From an uncultured archaeon (GTDB lineage Archaea > Asgardarchaeota > Jordiarchaeia > Jordiarchaeales > Jordiarchaeaceae), in NCBI GenBank assembly GCA_964510585.1, contig CAZECW010000024.1, positions 1 through 15,424 of the forward strand: a stretch of 15,424 bases of DNA, written 5' to 3'. Under the pieces are notes generated by a model, which ran no database searches, was not told the origin of the DNA, and saw nothing but the letters and a program-made list of their open reading frames with translations. Of this stretch, positions 1-7,238 are shown piece after piece. How positions within the stretch are numbered: position 1 is the stretch's first letter; each line of letters opens with the position of its first letter. The position numbers were made by a program, and so were the translations under genes.

Positions 1-109
1 CCCTAGAATACTCCTCTAACACTCCGGGTTCTCGGGAAACATTACTCCGACCAACAATCTCAACCAACCCATCGAAAAACCGGCTTCCAACCACACTAAA
101 ACTCTCCAA
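1..109 (-). CDS. N-terminus of a probable FAD-binding oxidoreductase (GlcD/D-lactate dehydrogenase-like), truncated by the window edge
   Basis: Not in the ORF track. My translation from TTG at 109 is MESFSVVGSRFFDGLVEIVGRSNVSREPGVLEEYSR, open to the edge. The L-x-x-I-V-G...V-S...L-x-x-Y-S-R pattern resembles the start of FAD-linked oxidases. The exact start codon is uncertain. Confidence 0.55.
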   Translation of the reverse strand, partial: MESFSVVGSRFFDGLVEIVGRSNVSREPGVLEEYSR

Positions 110-161
110 CCACCATTTTTAAAATGAATTAAGTCAAACAATTGTCAAGCTGTAAATTAAA

Positions 162-177
162 ATTTTACTTGTAAAAT
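162..177. promoter_or_regulatory. Inverted repeat ATTTTAC-TT-GTAAAAT in an AT-rich divergent intergenic region, candidate operator
   Basis: Perfect 7-bp arms, just upstream of a TATA-like TATAAAT at 182-188. Function is inferred. Confidence 0.35.
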
Positions 178-237
178 CTGATATAAATCTCTTCTTATTG
201 CACCTTACTCCTATTTTTTAGCCGAAGCATCTCCACG

Positions 238-498
238 GTGCGATTAACAGTTACAAACGCAGAAGGAGATGTAGGCGGGAGTTTAGAATTAAATGTTACG
301 AGCAGAAGTTTAAACAGTTGAATAATCAAAAAAGATAAAATAGCAGTTAAGGGAAGAAAAATCAGAGACAACGCGTAAACGTCTAGGAACCCGGGCGAAG
401 TGGGAGACACAATGATAATTACATTCCCAATTAGAGGAAGCAATAACAGAGGTAAAAGTGTGAAGGACACAAAGAAGCCCAAAAAAATGGGAGAATGA
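238..498 (+). pseudogene. Possible degenerate small gene (CDC48 N-domain-like or ubiquitin/ThiS-like) with two in-frame stops
   Basis: The frame from GTG 238 reads MRLTVTNAEGDVGGSLELNVTSRSLNS*IIKKDKIAVKGRKIRDNA*TSRNPGEVGDTMIITFPIRGSNNRGKSVKDTKKPKKMGE*, with internal stops at 319 and 376. It has soluble-protein composition, a TATA-like box upstream, and ends convergently with the 517-603 fragment. Family resemblance is by eye only. Confidence 0.3.
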
Positions 499-516
499 GT
501 GTGGTCTTCTCTATTT

Positions 517-603
517 TTACCAAGCTTCGTAGTTTAGGCCCATGTCTTGCAGTTCTTTCTTCATTTTTGAGTTGAGTTCGATATACTCCTTATTGGGTTT
601 GAA
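517..603 (-). pseudogene. Orphan 3' end of an unidentified gene (FKPNKEYIELNSKMKKELQDMGLNYEAW*)
   Basis: Protein-like reading ending in TAA at 519-517, followed on the minus strand by an oligo-T run (complement of 481-487). Upstream of about 603 the DNA is the opposite strand of the MtrH fragment, so no 5' part exists here. Confidence 0.4.
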
Positions 604-961
604 TAAAAAACATATTGGTTGACGCAACTCTTCTGGATGTGGTAAGTAAGGCTTACGCGGTATCCTCTATTCAAGTAATTAAGGGGATTTTGGGGTCACC
701 CTCTGGATGCTCGCCCGCAAACTCTTTTGATATGTGGCAGAAGGTCAAAGATTACGGAAAACTCTCCTCAGGGCATGTTTAAGCTCCCTTTGCGTATTCG
801 TCCAGCGTTTCGGTGCAGATTTTATCCTCCACGGCCCTATAAGAATGGCTGACGTAGTGTTTCCCGCTTGTGCCATAGCAGACGCAATACTCACTTACAG
901 CGCCGTTACAGGGGGCCATGAACCTAAGGACAAGAACATACCACTCTATAAAATATTTTAG
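603..961 (+). pseudogene. mtrH: C-terminal ~119-codon fragment of an MtrH-family methyltransferase (tetrahydromethanopterin S-methyltransferase subunit H-like), 5'-truncated and frameshifted
   Basis: 603-761 reads IKNILVDATLLDVVSKAYAVSSIQVIKGILGSPSGCSPANSFDMWQKVKDYGK. After a one-base shift in the A4 run at 758-761 it continues TLLRACLSSLCVFVQRFGADFILHGPIRMADVVFPACAIADAILTYSAVTGGHEPKDKNIPLYKIF*. GADFILHGPI, FPACAIADA and the terminal PLYKIF match the MtrH C-terminal signature (G-x-D-F-x-L-Y-G-P-I...F-P-A-x-A-M-x-D...H-P-x-x-K-x-x). Confidence 0.85.
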
Positions 962-1074
962 CAGGCAGCCATTATCAACTTGTTACGTTTCCCTTCTTCT
1001 ATTTATAAAATCGTGTTAGAGGCATTGTCTCCCCTTTTTTTGTCAAGTATTTTTGGTCTGCTGAAGGCTTCAGC

Positions 1075-2562
1075 TCACTCCATTTTTGGTCTCAGGTCTA
1101 GTATTCTTGTGGCCTTCAGCGAAGTTCTGGGATCAAAGATTTCGAAGGGCGACGAGACAAACTCTACATCAGGCCTCATCTCAGCAGCCTTAATAACAGC
1201 GTCTGTGATACCTTCCCTAACCTTTTCTAACGGCTCCTCCCCTGTTGGATAGACCCTTACTAAGAGTTTGTCTAGTGAGTAGGGGTCGCTGGAGTCAACT
1301 TTTGTGAAGATCACTTGGTACTCCATTATTCCCCCCACATTTTCTAGAGCGTCAACTAGAAGGCTTGGATTAATTAGGGTTCCCTTAACCTTAACCAGAT
1401 CCTTTGTTCGGAAAGTGTAAACGCTACCCGAAATGGGTATCATTCTCTCACTTGTTCTACCGCAGTGGGGGCAGGGTTCATAGGTAACCTTCCCAATGTC
1501 TCCCAGGAGGTATCTTAGGAGCACTGTGCCCCTCCTATTGAGGTGGGTCACTGCTACGTGGCCTTCCTCGCCTTCAGCTACACGTTCGCCAGTCTCAGGG
1601 TCTACAACTTCCACAAAGTAGAGGCTGGGATCCGGATTGTGGCAGCCAGCGAGTTCGGCGCACTCTGGAAAAGCACCCTGGCACTCGGTGAATCCATAGG
1701 CGTTGCCAATTGATGGAGCATCTGCACCCAGTTCCTCCAGTCTCCTTGTCATATCATCCCTCATACTTTTAGGGCAGGGCTCCCCCAGGGCATGTATCCC
1801 TCTCACATTTGAGAAGTCTACTCCCAATTCTTGGGCCCTCATGATGAATCTTCTCATGTAGCTTGCTATGCCCAATGCGCCGGTGCACTTGTAGGCTTCC
1901 ATGAGCCTTATGGCGTCGTCCATCCTTCTATGAATTGGAAAATCGGGGTGGGGCAATCCAGTGTGCCCCGCAACCACCGCGCACCCTGCAGCTAAAGATG
2001 CTGTGAGTGTTCTTATGTATGCCATGTGTGGAATTGGCCCCATGGGGAAGGCGTTAAATGTTATGTCTTCGCCTGGTACTGCATAACTGATCTTTGAGCT
2101 TCTTATGAAGAAAAGGTTTTGTGCGTAGAAGTCGTGGGTAGTATTATAGAAAATTGAGGGGATACCCATAGTTGTTCCTGTGGTCATGGTGACGTCCCAG
2201 AGGATTAGTTCGTAGAAGGGTCTCGAGGGGTCTAGCTTGAGCCGGAAGGCCTCTGGATTCTTCATGTAGTCAAACTTGCTTGTGAGTGGAAGCTTTTCCA
2301 AGTCATCAATGGTTTTTATGGATGAGGGATCAATGTCGCATTCCTTAAACAACGCGCTGTAGTAGGGGCTGTACTTTGCACATAGCTCCAATTGGACTCT
2401 GAGATTCTTGTTTCTAACCTCATTCAACTCTCTTTTTTCAAGAAATGCGGGGTCGCTCTTATCCTCCCGGTAGAGGGGAACCATATCAATGAATTTCTTC
2501 ACTTTTTCGGGGGTAACCACTCGGTCCCTCAACATTTCCTTAACTTTCTCTATTATAGTCAT
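1075..2562 (-). CDS. paaK: Phenylacetate-CoA ligase family protein (PaaK / coenzyme F390 synthetase-like adenylate-forming enzyme), 495 aa
   Basis: DLEKLPLTSK, P-loop TTGTTMGIP, YGFTE, GEEGHVAVTHLNRRGTVLLRYLLGDI and RTKDLVKVKG all follow the PaaK pattern. A purine-rich RBS lies upstream. The symbol is family-level and the substrate is unknown. Confidence 0.88.
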   Translation of the reverse strand: MTIIEKVKEMLRDRVVTPEKVKKFIDMVPLYREDKSDPAFLEKRELNEVRNKNLRVQLELCAKYSPYYSALFKECDIDPSSIKTIDDLEKLPLTSKFDYMKNPEAFRLKLDPSRPFYELILWDVTMTTGTTMGIPSIFYNTTHDFYAQNLFFIRSSKISYAVPGEDITFNAFPMGPIPHMAYIRTLTASLAAGCAVVAGHTGLPHPDFPIHRRMDDAIRLMEAYKCTGALGIASYMRRFIMRAQELGVDFSNVRGIHALGEPCPKSMRDDMTRRLEELGADAPSIGNAYGFTECQGAFPECAELAGCHNPDPSLYFVEVVDPETGERVAEGEEGHVAVTHLNRRGTVLLRYLLGDIGKVTYEPCPHCGRTSERMIPISGSVYTFRTKDLVKVKGTLINPSLLVDALENVGGIMEYQVIFTKVDSSDPYSLDKLLVRVYPTGEEPLEKVREGITDAVIKAAEMRPDVEFVSSPFEIFDPRTSLKATRILDLRPKME

Positions 2563-2786
2563 ATTCCCTCTCTCTCCAAAATATTTAGTTAATGTAATTT
2601 ATGTATATTTCAAAACTTATATAGCTTTTCGAGAATTTCAGTACTTGAAAAATAATAATTCGGAGCAAACTACCCTTTTAGGGATCAAGCCAAATTCTCC
2701 AAAATACTCCTTTTTGGAGATGAAAAGTAGGGATACTAATATTATATAAGGGTGTTTATCGAAAAAAATGGAGGAGGATTGAAAAA
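2563..2786. promoter_or_regulatory. Divergent archaeal promoter region with two TATA boxes and a 9-bp-arm inverted repeat
   Basis: Minus strand GAAAAGCTATATAAG (2630-2616, BRE plus TATA). Plus strand TTATATAA (2742-2749). TCTCCAAAA-N7-TTTTGGAGA at 2696-2720. RBS GGAGGAGG before ATG 2787. Confidence 0.6.
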
Positions 2787-4151
2787 ATGATGGAGAAGGA
2801 ATTTGATGCCGCCGTTGTAGGCGGAGGAATTGGTGGTTTCGGTGTTGCAGCTCAACTCCAGAAGATGGGTCTGAGAACTGTTCTTGTGGATGAGCATTCC
2901 CGGATAGGCGGGAGAGCAACCAGTTTTGAGTATATGAAGGGCTGGCTAATTGACATGGGTCACCATGGAATTAACTTGGCGGAAAAGTCTCAGATAAATG
3001 AGCTTGTTGAACTGGTGGGAAAGAAGATAGCTTGGGCTAAGCCCATAAGGGGGGTGCAGGTTTACCGGAAAAGGAAGTGGAGCAACTTCATTGAGGCCTT
3101 CGAACTTGATAGGAGTGACTTCGAGGAAATTGAAGTAATAACGAAAACCGTCAAAAAAATGAGCGACGAAGAAATTAACAGTTTGGACAACACATCGTTT
3201 AGAGACTGGATTCTACAATACACTGAGTCGGAAAACCTGCTGGAAATGTTTAGAACAATGGGTATGGGTTACACTACCATCCCAGACATGGAGTCACAGG
3301 CCGCCAGCGAAGTTCTATGGCTATACAGAGAAAACATGGAAAAAATGGGTGAATTTAGCGAAAGACCTGGGGGCGTTCCAATAGGCGGAGCCATAAGCCT
3401 AGTTAAGCCACTAGCAGAAGCATTTACTGAAAATGGGGGCATCATAAAACTTAGAACCAAGGCCGAAGAGGTTTTAATGAAGGATCAAAAGGCAATGGGC
3501 ATCCGGGTCCAAGAAAAGGGAGGAGAAGAATACACAGTTAAGGCGAGGTTAGTTGTTTGCGCCATACCCATAAATCGATTGTCCGAAATACTCTTCACCA
3601 AGGAGAATCTTCCACAATTGGAAGGTAGTTGGGTTAAGAGAATGGAGAGTGTAAAGGACCAGGTTTCAGCAAGTATAGGATACATTGCTGGCCTTTCAAA
3701 GCCAATTTACAGTGAAACATCCTTCAAATGTTCCCCCGAACTGCCTCACTCCAAGACTGCATTCCAAGTTTTTGCACAGTCAAATTGTGATGAAACTGTG
3801 GCACCGAAAGGCAAGATGCTCATCTCCATGGGGGCAGCAATCAAAAAATCAAAGGTCACCGACGAGGAATCACGAAAAAAACTATTCGAACTAATCTGGA
3901 TGGACGTCGAAGAAATGTTTCCAGGAATAAAGGAACTAGTAGAGTGGAATATTCCCGGATTCTTCATTGGACCGGACGGGCTGGAAAGAAAGCCGGGATT
4001 GGTAGGCAAGCTCCGACCAGACATCAAAGCTCCAGGAGTAGAGGGACTATACTTTGCAGGGGACAACTATAGGGGAAGGGGTGTAGGAGTAAACAATGCA
4101 GCCAGAAGTGCCATGATTTGCGCAGAACAAATATTCAAAGACTTAAAATAA
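2787..4151 (+). CDS. NAD(P)/FAD-dependent oxidoreductase, phytoene desaturase-like superfamily, 454 aa
   Basis: N-terminal dinucleotide motif VVGGGIGG...E-x5-GGRA, then IDMGHH, GGVPIGGAISLVKPLAEAF and C-terminal PGVEGLYFAGD...G-x-G-V-x-x-A. Strong RBS. Confidence 0.85.
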   Translation: MMEKEFDAAVVGGGIGGFGVAAQLQKMGLRTVLVDEHSRIGGRATSFEYMKGWLIDMGHHGINLAEKSQINELVELVGKKIAWAKPIRGVQVYRKRKWSNFIEAFELDRSDFEEIEVITKTVKKMSDEEINSLDNTSFRDWILQYTESENLLEMFRTMGMGYTTIPDMESQAASEVLWLYRENMEKMGEFSERPGGVPIGGAISLVKPLAEAFTENGGIIKLRTKAEEVLMKDQKAMGIRVQEKGGEEYTVKARLVVCAIPINRLSEILFTKENLPQLEGSWVKRMESVKDQVSASIGYIAGLSKPIYSETSFKCSPELPHSKTAFQVFAQSNCDETVAPKGKMLISMGAAIKKSKVTDEESRKKLFELIWMDVEEMFPGIKELVEWNIPGFFIGPDGLERKPGLVGKLRPDIKAPGVEGLYFAGDNYRGRGVGVNNAARSAMICAEQIFKDLK

Positions 4152-4187
4152 AAAATTTGGAAGAAGTGGGTTTTTTATTATTTTTTT
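4150..4187. terminator. Convergent oligo-T terminator zone between the flavoprotein and the first four-Cys protein
   Basis: T6 (4171-4176) and T7 (4181-4187) on the plus strand after the stop at 4151. The A-run at 4150-4155 gives oligo-T on the minus strand after the stop at 4178. Confidence 0.5.
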
Positions 4188-4645
4188 ATTTCTAAGACTA
4201 TGTTGCAGTGGTCGTCTCCTTTTGCCAGGCATTTGGTTATTGAAAGCTGGGCTTTGGGATTCATTTTGGCTAACATTGCTCCGCCCCAATCGTATATGAG
4301 TAAGTCGCAGAACTGGGGGCAGGTCTTTATGTATCTAACAAGGGGGCAGAATGATTCTCTTTTCACCATTTTGTTGGGGGATGTTTCTACCCACTCTCCC
4401 TTAACTCCCATGATCTCATCCATGTAATCCACTACTTTTGCCATGTCCTTCGCATTAGACGCATTTACCTGGAGTGCTTTTTGCAACAGAGGGCCGAATT
4501 CTTTGCCCCATTGTTGGAAATCCTCTTTTAATACTTGTAGTGCTTCGTCTCCGAACTCTTTGAAGACTGGAACAAGAATATTTTGGATAAACATTCCCAT
4601 GCTGTTCACGGTAAGCTTCCATTTTTGTTCTATGGGCATTTCCAT
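4178..4645 (-). CDS. Small four-Cys protein, V4R / L-2-amino-thiazoline-4-carboxylate-hydrolase-like fold, paralog 1, 155 aa
   Basis: C100-P-x7-C109-P-x-F-C113-x33-C147, ending TKCLAKGDDHC, typical of V4R/ATC-hydrolase-like domains. GGAGG RBS. Aligns without gaps to paralogs 2 and 3. Confidence 0.85.
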   Translation of the reverse strand: MEMPIEQKWKLTVNSMGMFIQNILVPVFKEFGDEALQVLKEDFQQWGKEFGPLLQKALQVNASNAKDMAKVVDYMDEIMGVKGEWVETSPNKMVKRESFCPLVRYIKTCPQFCDLLIYDWGGAMLAKMNPKAQLSITKCLAKGDDHCNIVLEIKK

Positions 4646-4924
4646 TTTTTTATTCCTCCGTGTTAATTTCCTCCTATAATCGAGGAGGTATTAAAGTGTT
4701 ATGGCGATAATTGCTCATAATGTTAAAAAAACTTTAGTTAAAAGAAGTTTTATTATTAAATTTTAATTTTAAATATTTAAAATTCTTAATTAATATATGA
4801 AAATTTATAATGAATTACCTTATCTTTAAATTAAACAAAAAAATTATATATAACATCATTATATGTTAAAAAAACTTACATCCTTTTCAAAGGGTGGAGT
4901 TTTTAAATAAAAAAGAGAGGAGAG
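4646..4924. promoter_or_regulatory. AT-rich divergent promoter region with repeats
   Basis: 15-bp direct repeat ATGTTAAAAAAACTT (4720-4734 and 4863-4877). Inverted repeat TAACAT-N6-ATGTTA (4851-4868) next to TTATATA (4844-4850). 20-bp palindrome AATTTTAAATATTTAAAATT (4765-4784). CCTCCT-N7-AGGAGG (4670-4688). Confidence 0.6.
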
Positions 4925-6520
4925 ATGAGAGTGTCTTCTTATGAAGAATACCCTTTTAGACGCCTTGTTTTGGGTCCGATTTTGACAAGGAACGCCAACA
5001 AGTATCCCGCCCGCCCAGCCATCGTCGATCTTTTCCGAAACAAAAGATTCACCTACAAAGAATTCAATGATCGCGTCAACTCCCTAGCGAACGGCCTCTT
5101 AGACCTAGGCATTCGCCCAGGCGACCATGTGGCAATTATGTTCTTTAATGAACATAGAATTCTTGAGTCATATTTTGCCGTTTGGAAAATAGGGGCGGTA
5201 GCCGCACCCCTTAACTTCCGCTACGGACCCAATGACCTGAGATATGTTTTGCCTCATTCCGACTCTGTAGCCCTAATATTTAGTGGAGACGTCTTGCCCG
5301 TTGTGAATGAGGTTAAAAAAGATGTGAAAAATGTAAAACATTATATTTGTGCGAGTGACAACCCACCTCAAGACATGCATAGCTACGAGGAACTTATAAG
5401 GAAATACCCCAACACTGAGATACCTGGAAAATACTGGCCCCACGACGATGACCCCTGTCTACTTCTTTACACAGCAGGAACCACAGGAAGACCAAAGGGA
5501 GTAATTCACACTCATAAAGATCGTTACATAGCAATATGTGATTACAACATACATGTAGGGTCGAGGCCTTTTGGTGTAACAGGTGTAATTACACCCATAT
5601 TTCACTGTTCCGCTCTCACTGGACTCTTAGCAACAATATACGTTGCCGGAAAGTGTGTAATTATGATGCCCGGCCCACCAGAGCAGTTCTTAGAGGCCTT
5701 AGATAAGGAAAAAATAGAAGCCACATTCCAAATACCGGTTATGTGGATTTGGACCGTTCGCTCACCTAAATTTGGGGAATACGATGTCAGTTCCCTGAAA
5801 CATTTGGTTACAGGTGCCCAACCCACTCCACTCACAGTAAAAAAGGAATTGATGGAAAAGTTCCCAAACGCAATGTTCCACGACCAATTCGGCCAAACTG
5901 AGGCTTTGCCGCCAGCCACAGATCTCAACTCAGAGTTCTGTGACATATATGGAAAGGCCGACTCTCTTGGAGTCCCCCTGTTCTGCGTAGAGGTCAGAGT
6001 TGTTGATGAGAACGGCAACGATGTTCCCCCTGGAGAAATTGGAGAGGCGGTATACCGAAGCCCACATATAATGACTGAATACTACAAGGATCCAGAAAAA
6101 ACTAAGGCTGCATTTGAGGGAGGCTGGTTCCATAGCGGAGACATGGTGCGCAAGGACAAAGATGGATACATTTATTTTGTCGAGAGAAAGGATGACATGA
6201 TTATTACGGGTGGCGAGCATGTCTATCCCACGGAGATAGAGGAGGTTCTTTACACACATCCCAAAGTTATGGAGGCTGCGGTTATTGGTGTTCCCAGCGA
6301 AAAGTGGGGACAAACTCCAAAGGCATTCATAGTCCTGAAGAAGGGTGAAAAAGCCACCGAAAAGGAGATTCTCGACTATTGCAAAGACAAACTAGCAGGA
6401 TACAAGAAGCCCACAATGATTGAATTCGTGGAATCCATACCAAAAAGTGTAGTGGGAAAAACACTCCGAAAAGTCCTCAGAGACATGGAAAGAGAAAAAT
6501 ACGAGAAAAGCAAAAAGTAG
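4925..6520 (+). CDS. fadD: Long-chain-fatty-acid--CoA ligase-like AMP-binding enzyme, 531 aa
   Basis: LYTAGTTGRPKGV, QFGQTE, GWFHSGD, RKDDMIITGGEHVYPTEIE and KSVVGKTLR are class I adenylate-forming acyl-CoA synthetase motifs. The symbol is family-level and the chain-length preference is unknown. Confidence 0.9.
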   Translation: MRVSSYEEYPFRRLVLGPILTRNANKYPARPAIVDLFRNKRFTYKEFNDRVNSLANGLLDLGIRPGDHVAIMFFNEHRILESYFAVWKIGAVAAPLNFRYGPNDLRYVLPHSDSVALIFSGDVLPVVNEVKKDVKNVKHYICASDNPPQDMHSYEELIRKYPNTEIPGKYWPHDDDPCLLLYTAGTTGRPKGVIHTHKDRYIAICDYNIHVGSRPFGVTGVITPIFHCSALTGLLATIYVAGKCVIMMPGPPEQFLEALDKEKIEATFQIPVMWIWTVRSPKFGEYDVSSLKHLVTGAQPTPLTVKKELMEKFPNAMFHDQFGQTEALPPATDLNSEFCDIYGKADSLGVPLFCVEVRVVDENGNDVPPGEIGEAVYRSPHIMTEYYKDPEKTKAAFEGGWFHSGDMVRKDKDGYIYFVERKDDMIITGGEHVYPTEIEEVLYTHPKVMEAAVIGVPSEKWGQTPKAFIVLKKGEKATEKEILDYCKDKLAGYKKPTMIEFVESIPKSVVGKTLRKVLRDMEREKYEKSKK

Positions 6521-6610
6521 CATAACCACTTAATAACATAATATAAAAAATCATTACCTTTTCTCCTTTATTTTTTTGGATTAAACTGATAAATTCTGGA
6601 GTTGATGATT

Positions 6611-7078
6611 TTGGAGATGACCCTTGAGCAAAAGTGGAAGTTAGCTGTGAATAGTATGGGTATGTTTATGCAGCACCTGCTGGTTCCCATATTGAGAAAA
6701 TTTGGGGAGAGAGGCTACAGGGTTATGGAAAAATATTTCAGAGAGCAGGGTGAAGCCTTAGGTCCCCTAGTTGTTAAAGCCTTAAACATAGAGAAACTGG
6801 ATGCTGAAGGTGCTGCCAAGATAATAGACTATCAAGACACCATTCTGGGAGTGGAGGGCAGATGGGTGGAACGCACACCCAAAAGAGCTGTAAAGGTGGA
6901 GCACTTCTGTCCTATGTACCGATACATAAAGGACTGTCCCCAGTTTTGTGACCTCATCATATGGGCTTGGGGAGAAGCACAAGTAAAGAAACTTAACCCC
7001 AAAGCAAAGGTTCTATTTCCCAAACGCATGGTTGACGGAGACGAGACCTGCGAAGTAATCATTGAAATAGAATATTAA
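6611..7078 (+). CDS. Small four-Cys V4R/ATC-hydrolase-like protein, paralog 2, 155 aa
   Basis: Start moved to TTG 6611, which sits 5 nt after GGAGTTGA and aligns with the paralog 1 start. Cys at 100/109/113/147. About 77 of 155 residues are identical to paralog 1 by hand count. Confidence 0.85.
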   Translation: MEMTLEQKWKLAVNSMGMFMQHLLVPILRKFGERGYRVMEKYFREQGEALGPLVVKALNIEKLDAEGAAKIIDYQDTILGVEGRWVERTPKRAVKVEHFCPMYRYIKDCPQFCDLIIWAWGEAQVKKLNPKAKVLFPKRMVDGDETCEVIIEIEY

Positions 7079-7238
7079 AAACTGAGATTCCAATCCCAAT
7101 TTTTGCCCATTTAGAAAAGAAGCCTAGTGGACTAAAATTTTGGAAAAATTTCCCTTTGTGAGCAATATAGACCTATTTATTTACTGATTATTAGAGCTAT
7201 TCTTCAAAAAAGGGGGAGAGTTAGGTTTGTGGGATTTT

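Noticed and set aside
195-482. 95-aa hydrophobic minus-strand ORF as a membrane protein
   Set aside because: TTG start with no RBS, directly after an oligo-T run. It is Pro-rich and poor in Gly and Ala, which fits a shadow of the purine-rich plus strand. Not fully excluded.
734-961. 75-aa plus-strand ORF as an intact small gene
   Set aside because: It is the second frame of the frameshifted MtrH fragment, and its first residues are out-of-frame sequence.
660-980. Protein-like minus-strand readings with several stops
   Set aside because: They are the antisense of the MtrH fragment, which explains the region better.
4178-4645. Literal function as L-2-amino-thiazoline-4-carboxylate hydrolase for the 155-aa paralogs
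   Set aside because: That name is a family label. No cysteine-synthesis or hydantoinase/carbamoylase partners are present, and only fold-level resemblance is supportable.
4701-4766. 21-codon ORF MAIIAHNVKKTLVKRSFIIKF after a strong GAGGAGGT
   Set aside because: The optimally spaced start (GTG 4696) gives only 4 codons. The ORF overlaps promoter repeats and has no recognisable features.
6860-6900. WVE-x-x-P-K segment of the paralogs as a lipoyl-lysine site for LplA
   Set aside because: The resemblance to the lipoyl-domain (V/I)ES-x-K motif is too weak, and the surrounding fold differs.
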